Assembly (NCBI GenBank): GCA_964016885.1
Contig: OZ024744.1
Span: 23,622,001 to 23,686,000, forward strand
Direction of reading: 5' to 3'
Source: Eledone cirrhosa
Lineage: Eukaryota
DNA length: 64,000 bases
The notes under the pieces are model-generated. The model was not told the origin of the DNA. It did no database searches and saw nothing but the letters and a program-made list of their open reading frames with translations. Position numbers and translations under genes: made by a program. Positions 1-13,100 of the stretch are shown one piece after another. Numbering within the stretch: position 1 is the stretch's first letter; every line of letters begins with the position of its first letter.

Positions 1-3000
1 ACAGTTGAATCTTAAGAACTGACTCGTTTTAACAACGGCTGAATCTTAAGATAAAACTCGTTTTACAACAGTTGAATCTTAAGAACTGATTCGTTTTAAC
101 AACAGCTGAATATTAAGATAAACTCGTTTTAACAACAGTTGAATCTTAACATAAACCTCGTTTTAACAACATTTGAATCTTAAAAACTGACTCGTTTTAA
201 CAACAGCTGAATCTTAAGATAAAACTCGTTTTAACAACAGTTGAATCTTCAAATAAAACTCGTTTTAACAACAGTTGAATATTATGATAAAACTCATTTT
301 AACAACAGTTGATTCTTAAGATAAAACTCGTTTTAACAACAGTTGAATCTTAAGAACTGACTCGTTTTAACAACAGTTGAATCTTAAGAACTGACTCGTT
401 TTATCAACAGTTCAACCTTAAGAACTGACTCGTTTTAACAACAGTTGAATCTTCAAATAAAACTCGTTTTAACAACAGTTGAATCTTAAGAACTCACTCG
501 TTTTAACAACAGTTGAATCTTAAGATAAAACTCGTTTTAACAACAGTTGAATCTTAAGATAAAACTCGTTTTAACAACAGCTGAATCTTAAGATAAAACT
601 CGTTTTAACAACAGTTGAATCTTAAGATAAAACTCGTTTTAACAACAGTTGAATCTTAAGAACTGACTCATTTTAACAACAGTTGAATCTTAAGAACTGA
701 TTCGTTTTAACAACAGCTGAATCTTAAGATAAACTCGTTTTAACAACAGTTGAATCTTAAGATAAACCTCGTTTTAACAACATTTGAATCTTAAGAACTG
801 ACTCGTTTTAACAACAGCTGCATCTTAAGATAAAACTCGTTTTAACAACAGTTGAATCCTAAGAACTGACTCGTTTTATCAACAGTTCAACCTGAAGAAC
901 TGACTCGTTTTAACAACAGTTGAATCTTCAAATAAAACTCGTTTTAACTACAGTTGAATCTTAAGAACTGACTCGTTTTAACAACAGTTGAATCTTAAGA
1001 TAAAACTCGTTTTAACAACAGCTGAATCTTAAGATAAAACTCGTTTTAACAACAGTTGAATCTTAAGAACTGACTCATTTTAACAACAGTTGAATCTTAA
1101 GAACTGATTCGTTTTAACAACAGTTGAATCTTCAAATAAAACTCGTTTTAACAACAGTTGAATATTATGATAAAACTCATTTTAACAACAGTTGATTCTT
1201 AAGATAAAACTCGTTTTAACGACAGTTGAATCTTAAGAACTGACTCGTTTTAACAACAGCTGAATCTTAAGATAAAACTCGTTTTAACAACAGTTGAATC
1301 TTAAGATAAAATTCGTTTTAACAATAGTTGAATGTTAAGAACTGGTTCGTTTTAACAACAGTTGGATCTAAAGATAAAACTCGTTTTAACAACAGTTGAA
1401 TCTTAAGAACTGACTCGTTTTAACAACAGTTGAATCTTAAGAACTGACTCGTTTTATCAACAGTTCAACCTTAAGAACTGACTCGTTTTAACAACAGTTG
1501 AATCTTCAAATAAAACTCGTTTTAACAACAGTTGAATCTTAGGAACTGATTCGTTTTAACAACAGCTGAATCTTAAGATAAACTCGTATTAACAACAGTT
1601 GAATCTTAAGATAAACCTCGTTTTAACAACATTTGAATCTTAAGAACTGACTCGTTTTAACAACAGCTGAATCTTAAGATAAAACTCGTTTTAACAACAG
1701 TTGAATCTTAAGAACTGACTCGTTTTATCAACAGTTCAACCTTAAGAACTGACTCGTTTTAACAACAGTTGAATCTTCAAATAAAACTCGTTTTAACAAC
1801 AGTTGAATCTTCAAATAAAACTCGTTTTAACAACAGTTGAATATTATGATAAACCTCATTTTAACAACAGCTGATTCTTAAGATAAAACTCGTTTTAACA
1901 ACAGTTGAATCTTAAGAACTGACTCGTTTTAACAACAGCTGAATCTTAAGATAAAACTCGTTTTAACAACAGTTGAATCTTAAGATAAAATTCGTATTAA
2001 CAATAGTTGAATGTTAAGAACTGGTTCGTTTTAACAACAGTTGGATCTTAAGATAAAACTCGTTTTAACAACAGTTGAATCTTAAGAACTGACTCTTTTT
2101 AACAACAGTTGAATCTTAAGAACTGACTCGTTTTAACAACAGTTGAATCTTAAGATAAAACTCGTTTTAACAACAGCTGAATCTTAAGATAAAACTCGTT
2201 TTAACAACAGTTGAATCTTAAGATAAAACTCGTTTTAACAACAGTTGAATCTTAAGAACTGACTCATTTTAACAACAGTTGAATCTTAATAACTGATTCG
2301 TTTTAACAACAGATGAATCTTAAGATAAAACTCGTTTTAACAACAGTTGAATCTTAAGAACTGACTCGTTTTAACAACGGCTGAATCTTAAGATAAAACT
2401 CGTTTTACAACAGTTGAATCTTAAGAACTGATTCGTTTTAACAACAGCTGAATATTAAGATAAACTCGTTTTAACAACAGTTGAATCTTAACATAAACCT
2501 CGTTTTAACAACATTTGAATCTTAAAAACTGACTCGTTTTAACAACAGCTGAATCTTAAGATAAAACTCGTTTTAACAACAGTTGAATCTTCAAATAAAA
2601 CTCGTTTTAACAACAGTTGAATATTATGATAAAACTCATTTTAACAACAGTTGATTCTTAAGATAAAACTCGTTTTAACAACAGTTGAATCTTAAGAACT
2701 GACTCGTTTTAACAACAGTTGAATCTTAAGAACTGACTCGTTTTATCAACAGTTCAACCTTAAGAACTGACTCGTTTTAACAACAGTTGAATCTTCAAAT
2801 AAAACTCGTTTTAACAACAGTTGAATCTTAAGAACTCACTCGTTTTAACAACAGTTGAATCTTAAGATAAAACTCGTTTTAACAACAGTTGAATCTTAAG
2901 ATAAAACTCGTTTTAACAACAGTGGAATCTTAAGAACTGACTCGTTTTAATAACAGTTGAATCTTAAGATAAAACTCGTTTTAACAACAGTTGAATCTTA

Positions 3001-5109
3001 AGAACTGACTCGTTTTAACAACAGCTGAATCTTAATATAAAACTCGTTTTACAACAGTTGAATCTTAAGAACTGATTCGTTTTAACAACAGCTGAATATT
3101 AAGATAAACTCGTTTTAACAACAGTTGAATCTTAACATAAACCTCGTTTTAACAACATTTGAATCTTAAAAAGTTACTCGTTTTAACAACAGCTGAATCT
3201 TAAGATAAAACTCGTTTTAACAACAGTTGAATCTTCAAATAAAACTCGTTTTAACAACAGTTGAATATTATGATAAAACTCATTTTAACAACAGTTGATT
3301 CTTAAGATAAAACTCGTTTTAACAACAGTTGAATCTTAAGAACTGACTCGTTTTAACAACAGTTGAATCTTAAGAACTGACTCGTTTTATCAACAGTTCA
3401 ACCTTAAGAACTCACTCGTTTTAACAACAGTTGAATCTTAAGATAAAACTCGTTTTAACAACAGTTGAATCTTAAGATAAAACTCGTTTTAACAACAGTG
3501 GAATCTTAAGAACTGACTCGTTTTAATAACAGTTGAATCTTAAGATAAAACTCGTTTTAACAACAGTTGAATCTTAAGAACTGACTCGTTTTAACAACAG
3601 CTGAATCTTAAGATAAAACTCGTTTTAACAAAAGCTGAATCTTAAGATAAACTCGTTTTAACAACAGTTGAATCTTAAGATAAACCTGGTTTTAACATCA
3701 TTTGAATCTTAAGAACTGACTCGTTTTAACAACAGCTGAATCTTAAGATAAAACTCGTTTTAACAACAGTTGAATCTTAAGAACTGACTCATTTTAACAA
3801 CAGTTGAATCTTAAGAACTGACTCGTTTTATCAACAGTTCAACCTTAAGAACTGACTCGTTTTAACAACAGTTGAATCTTCAAATAAAACTCGTTTTAAC
3901 AACAGTTGAATCTTCAAATAAAACTCGTTTTAACAACAGTTGAATCTTAAGAACTCACTCGTTTTAACAACAGTTGAATCTTAAGATAAAACTCGTTTTA
4001 ACAACAGTGGAATCTTAAGAACTGACTCGTTTTAATAACAGTTGAATCTTAAGATAAAACTCGTTTTAACAACAGTTGAATCTTAAGAACTGACTCGTTT
4101 TAACAACAGCTGAATCTTAAGATAAAACTCGTTTTAACGACAGTTGAATCTTAAGAACTGACTCGTTTTATCAACAGTTCAACCTTAAGAACTGACTCAT
4201 TTTAACAACAGTTGCATCTTCAAATAAAACTCGTTTTAACAACAGTTGAATCTTAAGAACTGACTCGTTTTAACAACAGTTGAATCTTAAGATAAAACTC
4301 GTTTTAACAACAGCTGAATCTTAAGATAAAACTCGTTTTAACAACAGTTGAATCTTAAGATAAAACTCGTTTTAACAACAGTTGAATCTTAAGAACTGAC
4401 TCATTTTAACAACAGTTGAATCTTAAGAACTGACTCGTTTTAATAACAGTTGAATCTTAAGATAAAACTCGTTTTAACAACAGTTGAATCTTAAGAACTG
4501 ACTCGTTTTAACAACAGCTGCATCTTAAGATAAAACTCGTTTTAACAACAGTTGATTCCTAAGAACTGACTCGTTTTATCAACAGTTCAACCTGAAGAAC
4601 TGACTCGTTTTAACAACAGTTGAATCTTCAAATAAAACTCGTTTTAACAACAGTTGAATCTTAGGAACTGATTCGTTTTAACAACAGCTGAATCTTAAGA
4701 TAAACTCGTATTAACAACAGTTGAATCTTAAGATAAACCTAGTTTTAACAACATTTGAATCTTAAGAACTGACTCGTTTTAACAACAGCTGAATCTTAAG
4801 ATAAAACTCGTTTTAACAACAGTTGAATCTTAAGAACTGACTCGTTTTATCAACAGTTCAACCTTAAGAACTGACTCGTTTTAACAACAGTTGAATCTTC
4901 AAATAAAACTCGTTTTAACAACAGTTGAATATTATGATAAACCTCATTTTAACAACAGCTGATTCTTAAGATAAAACTCGTTTTAACAACAGTTGAATCT
5001 TAAGATAAAATTCGTTTTAACAATAGTTGAATGTTAAGAACTGGTTCGTTTTAACAACAGTTGGATCTTAAGATAAAACTCGTTTTAACAACAGTTGAAT
5101 ATTAAGAAC

Positions 5110-7150
5110 TGACTCGTTTTAACAACAGTTGAATCTTAAGAACTGACTCGTTTTAACAACAGTTGAATCTTAAGATAAAACTCGTTTTAACAACAGCTGA
5201 ATCTTAAGATAAAACTCGTTTTAACAACAGTTGAATCTTAAGATAAAACTCGTTTTAACAACAGTTGAATCTTAAGAACTGACTCATTTTAACAACAGTT
5301 GAATCTTAATAACTGATTCGTTTTAACAACAGATGAATCTTAAGATAAAACTCGTTTTAACAACAGTTGAATCTTAAGAACTGACTCGTTTTAACAACGG
5401 CTGAATCTTAAGATAAAACTCGTTTTACAACAGTTGAATCTTAAGAACTGATTCGTTTTAACAACAGCTGAATATTAAGATAAACTCGTTTTAACAACAG
5501 TTGAATCTTAACATAAACCTCGTTTTAACAACATTTGAATCTTAAAAACTGACTCGTTTTAACAACAGCTGAATCTTAAGATAAAACTCGTTTTAACAAC
5601 AGTTGAATCTTCAAATAAAACTCGTTTTAACAACAGTTGAATATTATGATAAAACTCATTTTAACAACAGTTGATTCTTAAGATAAAACTCGTTTTAACA
5701 ACAGTTGAATCTTAAGAACTGACTCGTTTTAACAACAGTTGAATCTTAAGAACTGACTCGTTTTATCAACAGTTCAACCTTAAGAACTGACTCGTTTTAA
5801 CAACAGTTGAATCTTCAAATAAAACTCGTTTTAACAACAGTTGAATCTTAAGAACTCACTCGTTTTAACAACAGTTGAATCTTAAGATAAAACTCGTTTT
5901 AACAACAGTTGAATCTTAAGATAAAACTCGTTTTAACAACAGTGGAATCTTAAGAACTGACTCGTTTTAATAACAGTTGAATCTTAAGATAAAACTCGTT
6001 TTAACAACAGTTGAATCTTAAGAACTGACTCGTTTTAACAACAGCTGAATCTTAATATAAAACTCGTTTTACAACAGTTGAATCTTAAGAACTGATTCGT
6101 TTTAACAACAGCTGAATATTAAGATAAACTCGTTTTAACAACAGTTGAATCTTAAGAACTGACTCGTTTTAACAACAGTTGAATCTTAAGATAAAACTCG
6201 TTTTAACAACAGCTGAATCTTAAGATAAAACTCGTTTTAACAACAGTTGAATCTTAAGATAAAACTCGTTTTAACAACAGTTGAATCTTAAGAACTGACT
6301 CATTTTAACAACAGTTGAATCTTAATAACTGATTCGTTTTAACAACAGATGAATCTTAAGATAAAACTCGTTTTAACAACAGTTGAATCTTAAGAACTGA
6401 CTCGTTTTAACAACGGCTGAATCTTAAGATAAAACTCGTTTTACAACAGTTGAATCTTAAGAACTGATTCGTTTTAACAACAGCTGAATATTAAGATAAA
6501 CTCGTTTTAACAACAGTTGAATCTTAACATAAACCTCGTTTTAACAACATTTGAATCTTAAAAACTGACTCGTTTTAACAACAGCTGAATCTTAAGATAA
6601 AACTCGTTTTAACAACAGTTGAATCTTCAAATAAAACTCGTTTTAACAACAGTTGAATATTATGATAAAACTCATTTTAACAACAGTTGATTCTTAAGAT
6701 AAAACTCGTTTTAACAACAGTTGAATCTTAAGAACTGACTCGTTTTAACAACAGTTGAATCTTAAGAACTGACTCGTTTTATCAACAGTTCAACCTTAAG
6801 AACTGACTCGTTTTAACAACAGTTGAATCTTCAAATAAAACTCGTTTTAACAACAGTTGAATCTTAAGAACTCACTCGTTTTAACAACAGTTGAATCTTA
6901 AGATAAAACTCGTTTTAACAACAGTTGAATCTTAAGATAAAACTCGTTTTAACAACAGTGGAATCTTAAGAACTGACTCGTTTTAATAACAGTTGAATCT
7001 TAAGATAAAACTCGTTTTAACAACAGTTGAATCTTAAGAACTGACTCGTTTTAACAACAGCTGAATCTTAATATAAAACTCGTTTTACAACAGTTGAATC
7101 TTAAGAACTGATTCGTTTTAACAACAGCTGAATATTAAGATAAACTCGTT
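5110..7150 (+). repeat. Tandem duplication, period 1,016 bp (30 monomers)
   Basis: ACGGCT at 5397/6413, ACATAAACC at 5511/6527 and GTGGAA at 5942/6958 are all offset 1,016 = 30x34-4. Four 33-mers are visible in the unit. Confidence 0.8.
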
Positions 7151-10100
7151 TTAACAACAGTTGAATCTTAACATAAACCTCGTTTTAACAACATTTGAAT
7201 CTTAAAAAGTTACTCGTTTTAACAACAGCTGAATCTTAAGATAAAACTCGCTTTAACAACAGTTGAATCTTCAAATAAAACTCGTTTTAACAACAGTTGA
7301 ATATTATGATAAAACTCATTTTAACAACAGTTGATTCTTAAGATAAAACTCGTTTTAACAACAGTTGAATCTTAAGAACTGACTCGTTTTAACAACAGTT
7401 GAATCTTAAGAACTGACTCGTTTTATCAACAGTTCAACCTTAAGAACTGACTCGTTTTAACAACAGTTGAATCTTCAAATAAAACTCGTTTTAACAACAG
7501 TTGAATCTTAAGAACTCACTCGTTTTAACAACAGTTGAATCTTAAGATAAAACTCGTTTTAACAACAGTTGAATCTTAAGATAAAACTCGTTTTAACAAC
7601 AGTGGAATCTTAAGAACTGACTCGTTTTAATAACAGTTGAATCTTAAGATAAAACTCGTTTTAACAACAGTTGAATCTTAAGAACTGACTCGTTTTAACA
7701 ACAGCTGAATCTTAAGATAAAACTCGTTTTAACAAAAGCTGAATCTTAAGATAAACACGTTTTAACAACAGTTGAATCTTAAGATAAACCTCGTTTTAAC
7801 AACATTTGAATCTTAAGAACTGACTCGTTTTAACAACAGCTGAATCTTAAGATAAACCTCGTTTTAACAACAGTTGAATCTTAAGAACTGACTCGTCTTA
7901 TCAACAGTTCAACCTTAAGAACTGACTCGTTTTAACAACAGTTGAATCTTCAAATAAAACTCGTTTTAACAACAGTTGAATCTGCAAATAAAACTCGTTT
8001 TAACAACAGTTGAATCTTCAAATAAAACTCGTTTTAACAACAGTTGAATCTTAAGAACTGACTCGTTTTAACAGCAGCTGAATCTTAAGATAAAACTCGT
8101 TTTAACAACAGTTGAATCTTAAGATAAAATTCGTTTTAACAATAGTTGAATGTTAAGAACTGGTTCGTTTTAACAACAGTTGGATCTTAAGATAAAACTC
8201 GTTTTAACAACAGTTGAATCTTAAGAACTGACTCGTTTTAACAACAGTTGAATCTTAAGAACTGACTCGTTTTAACAACAGTTGAATCTTAAGATAAAAC
8301 TCGTTTTAACAACAGCTGAATCTTAAGATAAAACTCGTTTTAACAACAGTTGAATCTTAAGATAAAACTCGTTTTAACAACAGTTGAATCTTAAGAACTG
8401 ACTCATTTTAACAACAGTTGAATCTTAATAACTGATTCGTTTTAACAACAGATGAATCTTAAGATAAAACTCGTTTTAACAACAGTTGAATCTTAAGAAC
8501 TGACTCGTTTTAACAACGGCTGAATCTTAAGATAAAACTCGTTTTAACAACAGTTGAATCTTAAGAACTGACTCGTTTTAACAACGGCTGAATCTTAAGA
8601 TAAAACTCGTTTTACAACAGTTGAATCTTAAGAACTGATTCGTTTTAACAACAGCTGAATATTAAGATAAACTCGTTTTAACAACAGTTGAATCTTAACA
8701 TAAACCTCGTTTTAACAACATTTGAATCTTAAAAACTGACTCGTTTTAACAACAGCTGAATCTTAAGATAAAACTCGTTTTAACAACAGTTGAATCTTCA
8801 AATAAAACTCGTTTTAACAACAGTTGAATATTATGATAAAACTCATTTTAACAACAGTTGATTCTTAACATAAAACTCGTTTTAACAACAGTTGAATCTT
8901 AAGAACTGACTCGTTTTAACAACAGTTGAATCTTAAGAACTGACTCGTTTTATCAACAGTTCAACCTTAAGAACTGACTCGTTTTAACAACAGTTGAATC
9001 TTCAAATAAAACTCGTTTTAACAACAGTTGAATCTTAAGAACTCACTCGTTTTAACAACAGTTGAATCTTAAGATAAAACTCGTTTTAACAACAGTTGAA
9101 TCTTAAGATAAAACTCGTTTTAACAACAGTGGAATCTTAAGAACTGACTCGTTTTAATAACAGTTGAATCTTAAGATAAAACTCGTTTTAACAACAGTTG
9201 AATCTTAAGAACTGACTCGTTTTAACAACAGCTGAATCTTAATATAAAACTCGTTTTACAACAGTTGAATCTTAAGAACTGATTCGTTTTAACAACAGCT
9301 GAATATTAAGATAAACTCGTTTTAACAACAGTTGAATCTTAACATAAACCTCGTTTTAACAACATTTGAATCTTAAAAAGTTACTCGTTTTAACAACAGC
9401 TGAATCTTAAGATAAAACTCGTTTTAACAACAGTTGAATCTTCAAATAAAACTCGTTTTAACAACAGTTGAATATTATGATAAAACTCATTTTAACAACA
9501 GTTGATTCTTAAGATAAAACTCGTTTTAACAACAGTTGAATCTTAAGAACTGACTCGTTTTAACAACAGTTGAATCTTAAGAACTGACTCGTTTTATCAA
9601 CAGTTCAACCTTAAGAACTGACTCGTTTTAACAACAGTTGAATCTTCAAATAAAACTCGTTTTAACAACAGTTGAATCTTAAGAACTCACTCGTTTTAAC
9701 AACAGTTGGATCTTAAGATAAAACTCGTTTTAACAACAGTTGAATCTTAAGATAAAACTCGTTTTAACAACAGTGGAATCTTAAGAACTGACTCGTTTTA
9801 ACAACAGCTGAATCTTAAGATAAAACTCGTTTTAACAAAAGCTGAATCTTAAGATAAACTCGTTTTAACAACAGTTGAATCTTAAGATAAACCTCGTTTT
9901 AACAACATTTGAATCTTAAGAACTGACTCGTTTTAACAACAGCTGAATCTTAAGATAAACCTCGTTTTAACAACAGTTGAATCTTAAGAACTGACTCGTC
10001 TTATCAACAGTTCAACCTTAAGAACTGACTCGTTTTAACAACAGTTGAATCTTCAAATAAAACTCGTTTTAACAACAGTTGAATCTGCAAATAAAACTCG

Positions 10101-13100
10101 TTTTAACAACAGTTGAATCTTCAAATAAAACTCGTTTTAACAACAGTTGAATATTATGATAAAACTCATTTTAACAACAGTTGATTCTTAAGATAAAACT
10201 CGTTTTAACGACAGTTGAATCTTAAGAACTGACTCGTTTTAACAACAGCTGAATCTTAAGATAAAACTCGTTTTAACAACAGTTGAATCTTAAGATAAAA
10301 TTCGTTTTAACAATAGTTGAATGTTAAGAACTGGTTCGTTTTAACAACAGTTGGATCTTAAGATAAAACTCGTTTTAACAACAGTTGAATCTTAAGAACT
10401 GACTCGTTTTAACAACAGTTGAATCTTAAGAACTGACTCGTTTTATCAACAGTTCAACCTTAAGAACTGACTCGTTTTAACAACAGTTGAATCTTCAAAT
10501 AAAACTCGTTTTAACAACAGTTGAATCTTAGGAACTGATTCGTTTTAACAACAGCTGAATCTTAAGATAAACTCGTATTAACAACAGTTGAATCTTAACA
10601 TAAAGCTCGTTTTAACAACATTTGAATCTTAAGAACTGACTCGTTTTAACAACAGCTGAATCTTAAGATAAAACTCGTTTTAACAACAGTTGAATCTTAA
10701 GAACTGACTCGTTTTATCAACAGTTCAACCTTAAGAACTGACTCGTTTTAACAACAGTTGAATCTTCAAATAAAACTCGTTTTAACAACAGTAGAATCTT
10801 CAAATAAAACTCGTTTTAACAACAGTTGAATATTATGATAAACCTCATTTTAACAACAGCTGATTCTTAAGATAAAACTCGTTTTAACAACAGTTGAATC
10901 TTAAGAACTGACTCGTTTTAACAACAGCTGAATCTTAAGATAAAACTCGTTTTAACAACAGTTGAATCTTAAGATAAAATTCGTTTTAACAATAGTTGAA
11001 TGTTAAGAACTGGTTCGTTTTAACAACAGTTGGATCTTAAGATAAAACTCGTTTTAACAACAGTTGAATATTAAGAACTGACTCGTTTTAACAACAGTTG
11101 AATCTTAAGAACTGACTCGTTTTAACAACAGTTGAATCTTAAGATAAAACTCGTTTTAACAACAGCTGAATCTTAAGATAAAACTCGTTTTAACAACAGT
11201 TGAATCTTAAGATAAAACTCGTTTTAACAACAGTTGAATCTTAAGAACTGACTCATTTTAACAACAGTTGAATCTTAATAACTGATTCGTTTTAACAACA
11301 GATGAATCTTAAGATAAAACTCGTTTTAACAACAGTTGAATCTTAAGAACTGACTCGTTTTAACAACGGCTGAATCTTAAGATAAAACTCGTTTTACAAC
11401 AGTTGAATCTTAAGAACTGATTCGTTTTAACAACAGCTGAATATTAAGATAAACTCGTTTTAACAACAGTTGAATCTTAACATAAACCTCGTTTTAACAA
11501 CATTTGAATCTTAAGAACTGACTCATTTTAACAACAGTTGAATCTTAATAACTGACTCGTTTTAACAACAGTTGAATCTTCAAATAAAACTCGTTTTAAC
11601 AACAGTTGAATCTTAAGAACTCACTCGTTTTAACAACAGTTGAATCTTAAGATAAAACTCGTTTTAACAACAGTTGAATCTTAAGATAAAACTCGTTTTA
11701 ACAACAGTGGAATCTTAAGAACTGACTCGTTTTAATAACAGTTGAATCTTAAGATAAAACTCGTTTTAACAACAGTTGAATCTTAAGAACTGACTCGTTT
11801 TAACAACAGCTGAATCTTAATATAAAACTCGTTTTACAACAGTTGAATCTTAAGAACTGATTCGTTTTAACAACAGCTGAATATTAAGATAAACTCGTTT
11901 TAACAACAGTTGAATCTTAACATAAACCTCGTTTTAACAACATTTGAATCTTAAAAAGTTACTCGTTTTAACAACAGCTGAATCTTAAGATAAAACTCGC
12001 TTTAACAACAGTTGAATCTTCAAATAAAACTCGTTTTAACAACAGTTGAATATTATGATAAAACTCATTTTAACAACAGTTGATTCTTAAGATAAAACTC
12101 GTTTTAACAACAGTTGAATCTTAAGAACTGACTCGTTTTAACAACAGTTGAATCTTAAGAACTGACTCGTTTTATCAACAGTTCAACCTTAAGAACTGAC
12201 TCGTTTTAACAACAGTTGAATCTTCAAATAAAACTCGTTTTAACAACAGTTGAATCTTAAGAACTCACTCGTTTTAACAACAGTTGAATCTTAAGATAAA
12301 ACTCGTTTTAACAACAGTTGAATCTTAAGATAAAACTCGTTTTAACAACAGTGGAATCTTAAGAACTGACTCGTTTTAATAACAGTTGAATCTTAAGATA
12401 AAACTCGTTTTAACAACAGTTGAATCTTAAGAACTGACTCGTTTTAACAACAGCTGAATCTTAAGATAAAACTCGTTTTAACAAAAGCTGAATCTTAAGA
12501 TAAACTCGTTTTAACAACAGTTGAATCTTAAGATAAACCTCGTTTTAACAACATTTGAATCTTAAGAACTGACTCGTTTTAACGACAGCTGAATCTTAAG
12601 ATAAACCTCGTTTTAACAACAGTTGAATCTTAAGAACTGACTCGTCTTATCAACAGTTCAACCTTAAGAACTGACTCGTTTTAACAACAGTTGAATCTTC
12701 AAATAAAACTCGTTTTAACAACAGTTGAATCTGCAAATAAAACTCGTTTTAACAACAGTTGAATCTTCAAATAAAACTCGTTTTAACAACAGTTGAATCT
12801 TAAGAACTGACTCGTTTTAACAACAGCTGAATCTTAAGATAAAACTCGTTTTAACAACAGTTGAATCTTAAGATAAAATTCGTTTTAACAATAGTTGAAT
12901 GTTAAGAACTGGTTCGTTTTAACAACAGTTGGATCTTAAGATAAAACTCGTTTTAACAACAGTTGAATATTAAGAACTGACTCGTTTTAACAACAGTTGA
13001 ATCTTAAGAACTGACTCGTTTTAACAACAGTTGAATCTTAAGATAAAACTCGTTTTAACAACAGCTGAATCTTAAGATAAAACTCGTTTTAACAACAGTT

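Noticed and set aside
194-233. CRISPR array: the phase GTTTTAACAACAGTTGAATCTTAAGATAAAAC starts GTTTTA, contains TTGAAT and ends AAAAC, resembling type II-A repeats
   Set aside because: There are no unique spacers, only TC between units. The variable 5 bp has two recurring states, and no leader, tracrRNA or cas genes are in the window. The resemblance follows from the TAAAAC/GTTTTA dyad.
664-670. Transcription-factor motifs: AP-1/GCN4 TGACTCA in variant monomers, E-box/Myb-like CAGTTG and CAGCTG, TATAAT near 25127, 32391 and 33885
   Set aside because: These are short motifs expected by chance and multiplied by repetition. There is no gene context or evidence of function.
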